Origin: Prevotella sp.
GTDB lineage: Bacteria; Bacillota; Clostridia; Christensenellales; UBA1242
Length of the DNA: 64,000 bases
Reading direction: 5' to 3'
Assembly: GCA_023666145.1 (NCBI GenBank)
Contig: JAMPCO010000002.1
Span: forward strand, 2,023 to 66,022
Shown here: in pieces, positions 27,301-39,300 of the stretch
How the letters are laid out: every line of letters begins with the position of its first letter
Position numbering within the stretch: position 1 is the stretch's first letter
Position numbers and translations under genes: made by a program
The notes under the pieces: generated by a model
What the model was told of the DNA's origin: nothing
The model's input: only the letters and a program-made list of their open reading frames with translations
Databases searched by the model: none

Positions 27301-30300
27301 ACTTTCCGTATTGCCCGCATAAATCAAATTGGACAAATTGCGAGTGACCACGTTTTCGCTGGTATCCGAGCCCGCATTGATTTTAACGAAGGGCGCATAG
27401 TAATCCAACGTACCACCACCTTGCAAGTTAATGTCGTTGTTTTCAATACAGTTACTGATGCGACCGCTGGAAGTATTTTCGTAAGCGAAACCGCCAACCG
27501 CACCTTCGGTACCAGTCTTCAAAATTACCATGTTGACCATACAATCGGTAATGGTACCATTGTTCAGGTGAACGAAACCACCCAGCGAGTTACGAATCGT
27601 TTTCACTGCACCAGCAACCGAAATAAAGTTCAAATTGTCTTCACGTTCGGTGGAGCGTCCCATGGCATAACATTGTTGAATTGTGCCATTGTTTTGTCCC
27701 ACGAAACCGCCCAGTAAACTGACACGATCTTGCAATTTATTCGCGTTGGCATTGTTGATAACACTGCCGTCGCGGAAATAAGTGGAGGTAATGGTACCAC
27801 TGTTGATACCCACGACTCCCCCCACCGATGACGCATAGATGCTGACTTCATCGCTGGCACCAATTTCGGTGCGATGTTCCGGACCATACAATTCAACGTC
27901 AATCAAGACCCGACTGTTGGTCATCATGTAAGCGTTCGTTCCCACTAAACCACCCAATGTCACGCTTAAATTTTCGTTATTCGCGTAAACATAGAAGCGT
28001 GCCATTGAATTGCTGTTCATGGGGACACTTTCGTTCAAGATAATCGGACTGTAACCGTCATAGCGTGCCACATTCGTACGATCGGGTGTAATCCAATTGG
28101 CGACGTTCATGTAAATGTCATAAACGACTTGGTCCCATTTACCCGTAACAGCATTTTTGGTAACACCATAACCATTGTTATTGTAAACGTTGACAATCGC
28201 TGGTTCGCCCGTGTCGTTCAAACCAATCTCGTAGAAATAATTGTCGTCGAACACGTACCCGTCTTTATTAAACGGTAAAGCATCATCAAAATAGGTACCC
28301 GTAACTGGGTTAATCAATTCGGTCAAACTTTGCATATTGAATTGCCATTCCGACAAAACAGCACAGTTAGTAACAATCCCCTCATTTACCCCTGCCAACA
28401 TTCCGATATTTACTGTGCCTGATTGGTAATTGTCCAAGTTGACTTCCAAAGTCGTGATTGGCGCGTTAATCGTACCGTGTTCCACAACGATTTGTAAGTT
28501 TTTCACTACTGAACCAGCGGGAATTGCGGTGAACAAACCAATGTTTGTCGGCAAATTACTTAAATCAAAACCAGCACTGTTGAAGAAGATTTTGTAATTG
28601 TTACCGTCTAACGTCGCATTTTTAGGAAAACTGACTGGCTTCCAAGCACCGTTATTGAGTTCAGTGATTTTGTACAAGTAAATATCACTCATCAAGACGT
28701 AATCAACACCTGAATTTAACGCCATTAAACGTGAAGCGTTTTCTTGCGTAATAAACACAGTGGAACGGTCGCCAGCACTGTCAGCCACGGATTTTTCCGT
28801 CGTGTTAATTGCAATTCGGCTGGTAATGCGTTGCGCGTCTGTCGTATTTGCATACGCGGTTACCGCCTGTGCCCCTTCGGCGTATTCCTTGCTGAAATCG
28901 GTGACACCATAAGCAATATTGGCCGAAACTTGCATAATGGTGGTTGAGGCGTCGGCAGTATCACGCAACAAATAAGAGGTATTGTTACTGCTGTCACGAT
29001 AAATTGTGTAATTGACTTGGTGTTCCTCTTGTGCCGTGTTATTGATGACCAGATAAGTGTAACCGTCGCTGATTTTGGGGTCGTAAGTGTTAATTTCGGT
29101 TTCCAGACGGTTAATGGCGCTGTTAATGTAATATAATTCGTCGTAGTTATAATAGGATCGGTTCAATGGACCACTGATAATTTCGGGTGAGAAATACAAT
29201 TCGACGGCACTGTCGTCTAAGGTTACCGCATCGACCAGTTCATCGCCAACCTTCAATTTCCAACCACGGATTTCAAACAAGACGGGTTTAATTTGTAATG
29301 AGTAATAAGACCAAACGACTTTACCTTCCACAAAAGTGGTATATGGGATGCGGATGTCAATCCAATCATTCAAATTTTTGGCGCTGGTACGTAAAGTAAA
29401 GCCCAAAGTCAGATGTTGTCGTCCAGGGTTAATGATATTATAAGCAAAGGATTCGTATTCGTTGGTACCGCGTTTCAATCCACCGTTAAAGACTTGGATG
29501 TATTCGTAATAGAAAACAACATTCAAGTTATTAACTTCTAACGGATAATTGCGCGACGTGCCAATTGATTGTAAATATTGTGTCGTACTACCTAACGTGA
29601 CATTGGTCCAACCTGGGAAATAACTTGTTTCGCCTTGTTGTGTGCTGACTTGAATGCGTAAATTAACCATTGCATCGGTTAACGGGTTGACGCTACCTAA
29701 CTTGGGCATACCAGCGCTGTAACCAAATTGAATGGCACTTTCAAGATAATTTAACGCCGTTAAGTCACTGATCTTTTGTATCCAAAGCAACTTACCATAC
29801 GATTCTAAACGAACGTTGACCCCACCGCTTGCGTTAACGACGTCAAATTGCAAAGTACCATTACGGATGGCGTTGTTGACCGAAGTTTCAAAACTGGTTA
29901 ACGCTAAGTTTACCATGTTACGCAATGCGACATCGTCCGCATAAGATGCATTGACACGCAATTCCAACGCAACTTCGCTGTCGGTCAATGCCAGGTTATT
30001 ATCTTCGGCTTCGGTCAAATAGAAACCTTCGACAACGTACAGGACGGGCGTTATAAAGTAAGAATAAACATAATTCGGTTCTGTCGCGTTAGCGTCGGTT
30101 GCATACGGAATTTTGATTTCGACCACTTTTTCGCGCAATTTGACCACTGGCGCCAAATCAATTGTCAACATGGCCGTCGGCGTATCGTTATCAGCCACTT
30201 CACTTTGAATCGTTACCAAATTGGCTCGTTCACCTTCGATCGCTAACGTTTTTTGCGTGACCTGGTCAACGATCGTCACGCGGTCAATGAAGATTTTAGC

Positions 30301-33300
30301 CGCGTTCGGTAGTTCCACCAGATAAACTGCCGAAGTACCCAACGCTTGCACCGCATAGTCAACACCCGCACTTAATTCCAATTTACCAACGATGGTTTTA
30401 TTCCAATCATTTTCTTCATAACCCGTCGCGATGGAAATTTGATTGGCAATTAAAGTTTTGCTGCTTGCCACCAATTTCGGCACACCATTTTCGTAAATAA
30501 TGTACGACGAAAAATTCACACGGTTTTCGGTTTTTGTTTGCTTATCAACATAACGTTGCAAAACATTACCAGCCAGGCTGATATGATTACTTGGTACATC
30601 AATCTGCAAATAATCCATGGCTTGATATTCAAGATTCTTTTTCGCCAGTTCAATGGTACGCAATATCGCTTTATCTTCAGTTTGGAAAGCATTGATGCGC
30701 GCGACATATTGAATAATCGTTCTTTCATCACTGTTTGCGGTTAACAATAAATAATCGTCGTAAACATTATTTTGGTCATCTTTACCTTGAACCAATCCAG
30801 TCGTTCCCACGCCTTCAATGGTCCAGCCCGTTAATTCAAACAATAAAGGCGTAATTTCGATACAATGACTGTACCAAACATCTTTACCATTAACATTAGT
30901 CAAGTAAGGAATATAAATGCGCATCGTATTCGACAAATACGTGGCATTGGCCGCCAATTGAATTTGCAAAGTGTTTTTCGATGGATTGACCATGACACTC
31001 AGCCCTTCGTAAACCAGGGTCGTACCATCGGCAGAATTTTCAAACGGGGTAACGACACTGCCCGCATTTTCCACCCAAATGTATTGATAATACGTTTGTC
31101 CTTTAATGTTCTTCAAAGTGTAAAGTTTGGTGCTACCAATCATTTGGTTTGCACTGGTTGTATTCATTGTCGACGGATGTTCAGGATTCGGTCTTTGGGT
31201 TGCCGACCAAACGCGGTATGGGATAATGCTTTCCACAACATTACGGCGATCTTTAGTGATTTCCACGATGACGGGATAACCCTTTTCGTCGTAATTAACC
31301 GCTGCGTCAATGATAATGTATTGGTTGCTGTCCAAAGTTATGGACACTGGCGCTACCCCGTTATTCAAATTGGCATTCAGTGCGTCAATCGCGGCTTGAA
31401 CGTTTGCCAAATCGGTTGCGGCTAAATTGGAGATATCACTGGTTAACACACGGTACTCTAAATCTTCGGTCGTATACGGCGCAATGACCCAAACCGCACG
31501 TTCGGGGTGTTGCACCGTTTCAAAGCCCACAATTTCATAATAAACCGGGTTAATTTTTAAAGTAAAATCCGCACCAAGTGCAATTTCAATCGGCGTATCA
31601 ACCGTCGCCGTACTGGATAATTTAATGGTGACATAATTTTGTTCTAAGTTAACGACTTGGTAATCCGTGCCATCGCTTAACGACGTCACACCGTCCATGA
31701 CAGTACTGTCCAAATAATAGGTTTTTGTGGAGCCGATACCTTGGTATTCTTCACGCACATAAGGTTCATCGTTGGTGACACCATCATCCTTGACCACGAT
31801 TTTGAAGGTTTGCCACAAACGGTCAGCCGTTTCATCGGTTAAACTGGCAGTACCTTGGTATGGTACATAAGAAACCGCCGTTGTAATTTGGAAATGATAA
31901 GTTTGCGCATTTTCGCGTGTACGTGTTTTCGAGACGTACGGAGAAGAAGTAAATTGTCTGGTAAATGCGTTCATCTCTGCTTGCAAACGGTCACCAGCGC
32001 CATCTTTGTTTTCTGTGGTTTGCTTTAACACGTCGTCCGAATATTCAAACACGGGTACAAAAGTTTTACCGCTGCTGATATTAGTGATTTCGTTCATGAA
32101 GGTATCAATGTTATCCACAGAGATGATATCATCAGGATAACCGCTCAAGGCAATACCAGTTACCTTAAACCATACGGGGCGAATAGTTAAAATGAACCCC
32201 ACATTATCCGTATCAGTACTGTCGGGATCATTGTTGACAAATCCCCGATTGGTATAAATAAAGACCTTCAATTCACGGTTCACTAAATCCGCGTCAGGTT
32301 TCAATGTAATACGCAGTTGATTGCCACCAATGGCTTTTACCATCCAAGCCCCAGAGCCATTGGTATAACGTTTCCATGCACTGTCGTCGTCGGCATTTTC
32401 CGCATGATTATTTTCAAATAGAGCAATCATTTCATCACTGAAACCACCTGGTAACTTGGGTGAATCCAAGGTATAAACAGCATCGTAGCCAATGGTTAGT
32501 GCCACCGTTCGGCTGCGCGGGACGTTGGGATACGCCATACCAAAGCCAGCGACTTGGTCAGAATAACGCGCGTATTGGAAGACATCGCGCACTATTTGTG
32601 TCGGTTTCGCGATTGCAAGATTCACAATGTTGGCAACACCAGTATCGCTGTATTTCACGGCGGCGCGGACAACCAAATATTCGCCACCAATGGTGTAAGT
32701 TTCCAAAAGGCTGGTCCAACCTTGTCCAGCAACCGCCAATTGTTGGTTGAAAGCATCAATTTGGGCTTGAATGGCCGTTTGCAAAGCGGCATCGCCGTGG
32801 GTAGTATAACGGGCACGAACACGGAACAACAAATCGCTAACTTTTTCCGCCGATTTATCGGAAACGATTAACCACATATGACGTTCAGGGTGCTGGACGA
32901 CGTCAAAGCCTTCCACCACGAACCAAACTGGTTTGACGGTCATCGTAAAAGTCGTATCATCATGCACAATGGTAAAGGTAATGCGATTTTCCAACAGTCC
33001 GCTGTTGGGTGCAATGTAGACTTTCAAAGCGTAACTGCTGCCATACTTAACCACTTCCGCCGTTACGGTTTCTGCACTAACATCTTTTTCGGTATTATCA
33101 CCATTATAAATATGGATTTCATCAACCGTTGCGTCAGCGAAGTCCAAACCCAAATGGTAATATTCAGTGGTACCAATGGCTTGGTAATGTGTGGCGGAAT
33201 TGTTTTCCTCCCATAATGAATATTCAATGTAACTTTCCACCACGTTTAACGGATTATTTTCCACATTTAAGAAAGTGGGAACCCTGCGGCTTAACGTTCC

Positions 33301-36300
33301 CGCCATACCATAATCAACCGCAAGGTCAATTTTCAAATACTGACCATCACTTTCAATTTCGACTAATCCACCTTTTTCCGTGTTCAAATTCGAATTGAAG
33401 GTTTCAATGTAATTGATGATACTTTCCCCGTCAAACGTGACCGCATCATTGTATTTCACGACAGCACGATATACGACGTCTTGAACTAAATCTTTGTATC
33501 CGATCAATTTTACCGGTTGTTCGGGATAAGCCGTTTCAATACCAATCACTTCAAACAGGACGGGTTGAATTGTCAGCACAAAGACTGTATCCGAACCGCT
33601 GTAAAAATTAAAGACAAGATCTTGTTTCAATAAAATATCTGCCGCGTTGGGTAATAATTCCACCGTCACCACGTTGTCTTCTAACGTTACTTTCCAGCCC
33701 CGCTTTTGCAGTTTGTCATCATCGAAAATCAAATCGTCAACGTTCATACTGACGGATTTCGCAAGGTCAATGGTGTAACTGGTGGTGGTGCCAACCGCCT
33801 GCACAACGGTGCGTGTACGCGGTCCCGAAGGCATAGGCGGATATTCGCTTTCCGTTGCGGGTTTCCCATAAATGGTGTACGTGAACTCAACATCCAAGCG
33901 GATGACAAAGGCATTGTCGGCTGCCGATGCGGCGACCAATGTCGGTTCGCCCGTGCTGTAATCCAAATAAACCGTAATCAATAAATCACCCGCCATTAAA
34001 TCCGTATCGTAATAGCGACCAATTAAATTGGCTTGCGTATTTTGCAATTTGTTGGTGAATTCTGGAAGACGGGCGGGAATATTTAAGAATGCGTTGGCCG
34101 AATATTTGCCAAACACAGCATCAAAAATCACATCCGACGGCGAATCAATCTCTTCACCATAGTACAAACGGATATCGTGGTCTTCATTGTTCTGCCCCGC
34201 CAAAGTCAAACCTTCTACGGTATAGTAGGCGGGAATAACATTCAAAATGTAAGACGGTTCAGCGTCAGCGTTATTAACGAAAATACCTAAACGAATCACA
34301 TTACCAATCAAATTCGTGGTCTCGGTTAAGTTAACTTTAATGCAGCGTGAATTGGTTGAATCACGGTCAACCCACCATTCGGCACCACTATTGCGCACAA
34401 AGGTTTGCCAAGTTTCTTTACCCGCAGCGTCTTTGCCCGTACTGTATTTAATTGATGCAAATGTGCGGTTGACGTTATAAGTTACTTCTTGTCCTAAGGC
34501 TTGGGCTTTGGTATTTTCGGGCGTGCCATCAATCAAGATATAACGGTAAGTATTTTGGATGGTCGTCGCACTGTTCACCAGATTGGTTAAACGTGGAACG
34601 CCGCCTTCGTAATTGACACCGGCAATCAGCGTAATAAAGCCAGCATCGTCAATGCGCGATACCAAACCAGAACTGTTTAACGATGTCAAAAATTCGTTGG
34701 TGGCACTGGTATAATCGAAATCGTCAAAAGCCTTATTACTGCGGCTAGACGCAAAGTCTAAATTCAATTTAGACAACCAATTTGTGACCCCCGTTTGAAT
34801 CATAACGGGAACTTCATCAATGTGGTCCGCCAATAAGATTTGTTCGACCGTGAAATACGCTGGAATGATATTCAATACGTACATCAATTCGCCTTCTTGG
34901 TTGTACGCCATGATTGACAACACTTTATCAAACAAGTTCGTGTTCGGGTCTAAAGTTACTGCAACGATCCCTTCTTTCACATTGAAAACTGCGTTCCAAC
35001 CAGCATTGCGTTCCCAAGCGTAATTGCCGTCCGTGCGGATTTCGTATTTGTCCAAAGCGGAATCATAAACTACACCCGAAAGCGCAATGTTATAGCGTAC
35101 CGTCGTACCAACCGCTTGTGCGACCGTACGGGTACGCCCGTTCGGGGCAGTCGGCAAATCGATGGAACTGTCACCAGTTTCCCCCGTATCCGAACCGAAA
35201 GTGCGTACTGGTAAATAAGTCGCAATTTGGGTGCCGTTACGGTCCAAAGTCGGGGCTCCGTTAACATAGGTGACGCCCGCGGTAATCAACAAATAACTGG
35301 TCGCTGTAATCGGTTGTGCCCCGTCGGCGCGGGTAACTTCACGGGTGCTGGGGTCAAAATTAAAGTTCAAAATACCGTCGTCGTTAGGGACACGACCGAA
35401 CGTCAATGATGTGCTGTTCGACAGGTTATTTTGTGCATTCAACAATTCGGTGTTGAAAGCGTTAATGGCAGTGGTGACATCGCTGTCATCGGCACAAACG
35501 ATACCACCGGCTTCCACCGTCAATGCAGTCGGTGTTGTCAAGGCAATCAATGGTTTGACTGGATTATTTTGCAATTTGAAATCGGTAAACGTGAAATAGA
35601 CGGGAACAATGGTTAATTCTAATTGCGGGTCACTGGCAGCGGTCGAATAAACATTCAACACAATTTTGCCAGCCTTAATCAAGGCTTTGTATGCCTCATT
35701 GTTTGTCACGGTGGCACTACGGTTTTCTAAACTGACCGTGATTGTTACCGTGTTGCGGTTTTGCGTTTTAATGTCATAGTCCCAGAACCCCGCAAGGTTG
35801 GCGTTATCGCTGTCAGTGTTAACATATAACTTAGCAACGTGTAAAGCATCCCAATTATAGAACGTAAAAGTCGATGCGGTTCCAACGGCGACGTATTCGG
35901 TACGTTTGTCAACTGGTTTGGTTTCCACCACATCATATTTGAATGTCCGCGCGTAACGGCAAGTACCGTTCTTGGTCAACACAGGTACCCCACCAATGTA
36001 AGAATAAGCCATCTGTACAGTTACTTGTCCTGCCGTTTCATAATTGCACGATACCAAATTGGACGTGAGCAAACTGTTGTTAAAGGTGGTCATTTTTTCG
36101 GTTAAACTGCTGTTGGCAAGACTGGTGTCGTAATTAAACAACGCACGATATTTTAATTGTGCTAATTCGTCACGCGTTGTTAATTGTAAACGGGTTTCGT
36201 AATGACCGATGACTTCCATACTGTCAAATTCGAAATAGACTGGTACGATAACCACACTGAGATACGGATTGACGTAATCCCCTGGGCGACGGTACGGAAT

Positions 36301-39300
36301 ACGGATTTCCAAACTGGCACCAATCGCCGCCACATCGGCTTTCAAATAAACCGAGAGAGTTTGTGCCACCGAGTTAATGGTAACCGTAGCATAAGTCAAT
36401 TCAATCAATGTGGTTGTTGTTCCAATGCCATTAAAAGTGAAACCAGCATAATTGGGTACGCAATCACTGGGCAAAGCAATATCATAAACTGCCGTGGTAC
36501 CTAAGGCTTGATATTGCGTTTGGGTCATCGTACAAACCGCATAATCTTCCGTGGTTTCATCGGGCGTAATCACAAAACTGTCACGGTATTTCGCATCCAA
36601 AATCATGGTTTCAACAATTGCTTTCGCATTGTTTTCGCCTTGAATCGAAACGCTGATCCCAAAGCGCGTACCATCCGCTAAACGGTTCGACACTTGCGTG
36701 TCACACAAAATGTAAGTTTTGAAATAATAGCGGCCATTCCATTTATAACCTTCGGCGGCCGACCACGCTGAAACCATTTTGGGAGTACTGCTGTTACTCA
36801 GATATGGTTGATAGTATTTTTCGGTCTCGTTGTAAATCATTTGCGTGAAACCAATTGAATAGGTAACCGTGTCATAGATTGGTTTGCCCGTTAAATCAGT
36901 ACCAATTAAAACATTTTCGGTATGTGCTTGTGAAGTCCAAAGATTGATATTGACAACATTGATGTAATAAGGCGTGGGATAAACCACCAAAATACCGCCC
37001 GCAGCATCGTCATCAAGATAGATAATTCCAGTATCGGTTTGCCCCGACGCCAAGGTTAAAGCGCTTTTGTTACTTTCCACGGTACTGGTATCGGCGAAGT
37101 GTGCCATAGAAATGTTGTAAATGCCTTGTTTATAAAGGTTAAAGGTCGCCGAATCGTTGGCTGGGGTTTTTGTAGCCACCAAAGGTGAACCAGTTAAATT
37201 TTCTTGCACTAACAAACGTGCCCCAGAAATGTCATAGAACGGGTCAACATCGGGTGACACAATGACGATTGCCACCTCGATTTTCAGATAATAAATGAAA
37301 TAAAAATCGGTAGAATGGACAGGATTGGCTGCGTTCAAACATGTCAATTTGAATTCTAATTTGGCTTTTCCGCCTTCCATATTGACATAGGAAACAGTTT
37401 TACCGTCTTCAAATAAACGATAATAAACCCCATCGTACAAGAAATTGTAGGTTAACAATTCTGACGACCAAGTTTCTTGATCGACACGGACGGTTAAATC
37501 ATACGTGGCCGTCGTCATTCCGTCCAAAGTTACGGAGTCTTGGGCGATATTCAAATAATTAACGCCACCCTTCACATTGACCTTAACGGTTGCCGTCAAA
37601 GCGTCCAAGTTAAAGACATCGACAGTGGCATTCAATCCCACACCGTCGGTAAGCGCGATATAAGGATGAAACGTATAAGTGCCACCTTGATAAGTCACAT
37701 ATTCGGTGCGTCCGGCTTCGGCATCGGTAAAATCAGGATTAGCCAATTGCCAACCAGAATTGCTGTATTCATCCGTCAAATTCGTGTAGAAGTTGAACCC
37801 GTTGCCGCGTTGCATGGTAACGGTATCTACCGCATTGGTATATTCGTTGGGTGACAAATTTTTGCGCGACACTAAACCGTTGCCACTCTCACTCCTGATG
37901 CTGACTTCAAAGGTGTCAATGTATTTGACCGCATAGAATCGCATCGCCATTCCGCTTCCCGTAGCATTACCAATTGCCATAAGTTCATAATAAACTGTCG
38001 TCGTATTATCGCTGTAATTGGCACCGTTACCTGTTGAATCAAAAACAAAGGTCAAATCAAGGGTTAGTCGCTTGTTACCGTCTTCGTTTTCATCTCCTAA
38101 GGAGGCAGACTCGCCTAATGTAATATCCTTACCGATTTGCTGGCCGTTCACAAATTTTCTGAACCAGAATCGATTTGCTTTCAACGGCGCCCAGCCGAGC
38201 ACGGTATACAAATCGTCGATATAGTAAACGTTGGCGTTAATTTGCGAATTGTACGTAGCGTTATCTTCGGGCGTGTAAAATAAAGCCGCCGTCCATGAAC
38301 CGTTTTGTGTGGGTAAAACCCAGTTATAACCGCCCAAGTTATTGCGCACACCACTGTTGGCATCGTGCACATTATTGCTGGTTAATTCTTTGATGGTTTC
38401 GTCGATTTCGTCCGCACTACCGATGTAAAGTGTGATGAAAGCGTAGGTATCAGGTAACACCAAATCGACGGCATCGTCATCATCGTCGTCGACCGATTCG
38501 ACGAAACGCAAACTGTCACGGGCATAAATGACCAAAGCGTAAGTGCCCAAACTGGAAACGCCTGTGGTCGGTGTGATAAAAACTTTGCCCGTTACAGAAT
38601 CTAAACGCGCGGTAGCACAATCTTCCAGATTCAAATTGACGTTATTGGCAACTGGCGTAAAGGCGGGCAAATCATATTTACCATTTTTCCATTTGGCGTA
38701 CGTAATACCGTAAGCCTGATAATTGGCATCATCGGCGGTTTTGAAATTGACTTCCGCGTTCGTAATTGCCCCGTCGGTCGAAACCAATTCCAAATAATTG
38801 CCCAAAGCGTCATTATTGTTAAAGCCATTGGTTAAGGTAATCGCGTTGGGTTTTTCATTGGTAATTGTTACATTCGTATCGACCGTTAAACCACCAATAT
38901 AATCGAATTCAAACGGTGGATTATCGGCCAATTGATCGTGTTCAGGGAATACATAGCGTTTGTAAATTTTGAAACCGACTTTGAAAGTTTCGTCCGTCAA
39001 ATATTTGGCGGTAATGACAAATTTGTTTTCCGCACTTCCCTGTTCAACCGTCACGTTTTCGTTCAGAAGTGTGGGCTCGATGTGCAAATATTGGTAATCC
39101 GTAATTGTTTTGCCGTCCAAAGTCGATAAATCCAAGGTAATTTCGTAATAGTCGGTGATACCGTCCAAATTGACATTCAAGGGTAAAGTTACGTTGCCAA
39201 CGGGGTCAACCACAATCACATAGACCGTGATGTTAGTTTGGTTTTCCGCATAAACGGCATCACTGTAGGCGTGTAGGCTGACTTGACATTCGTACCAGCC

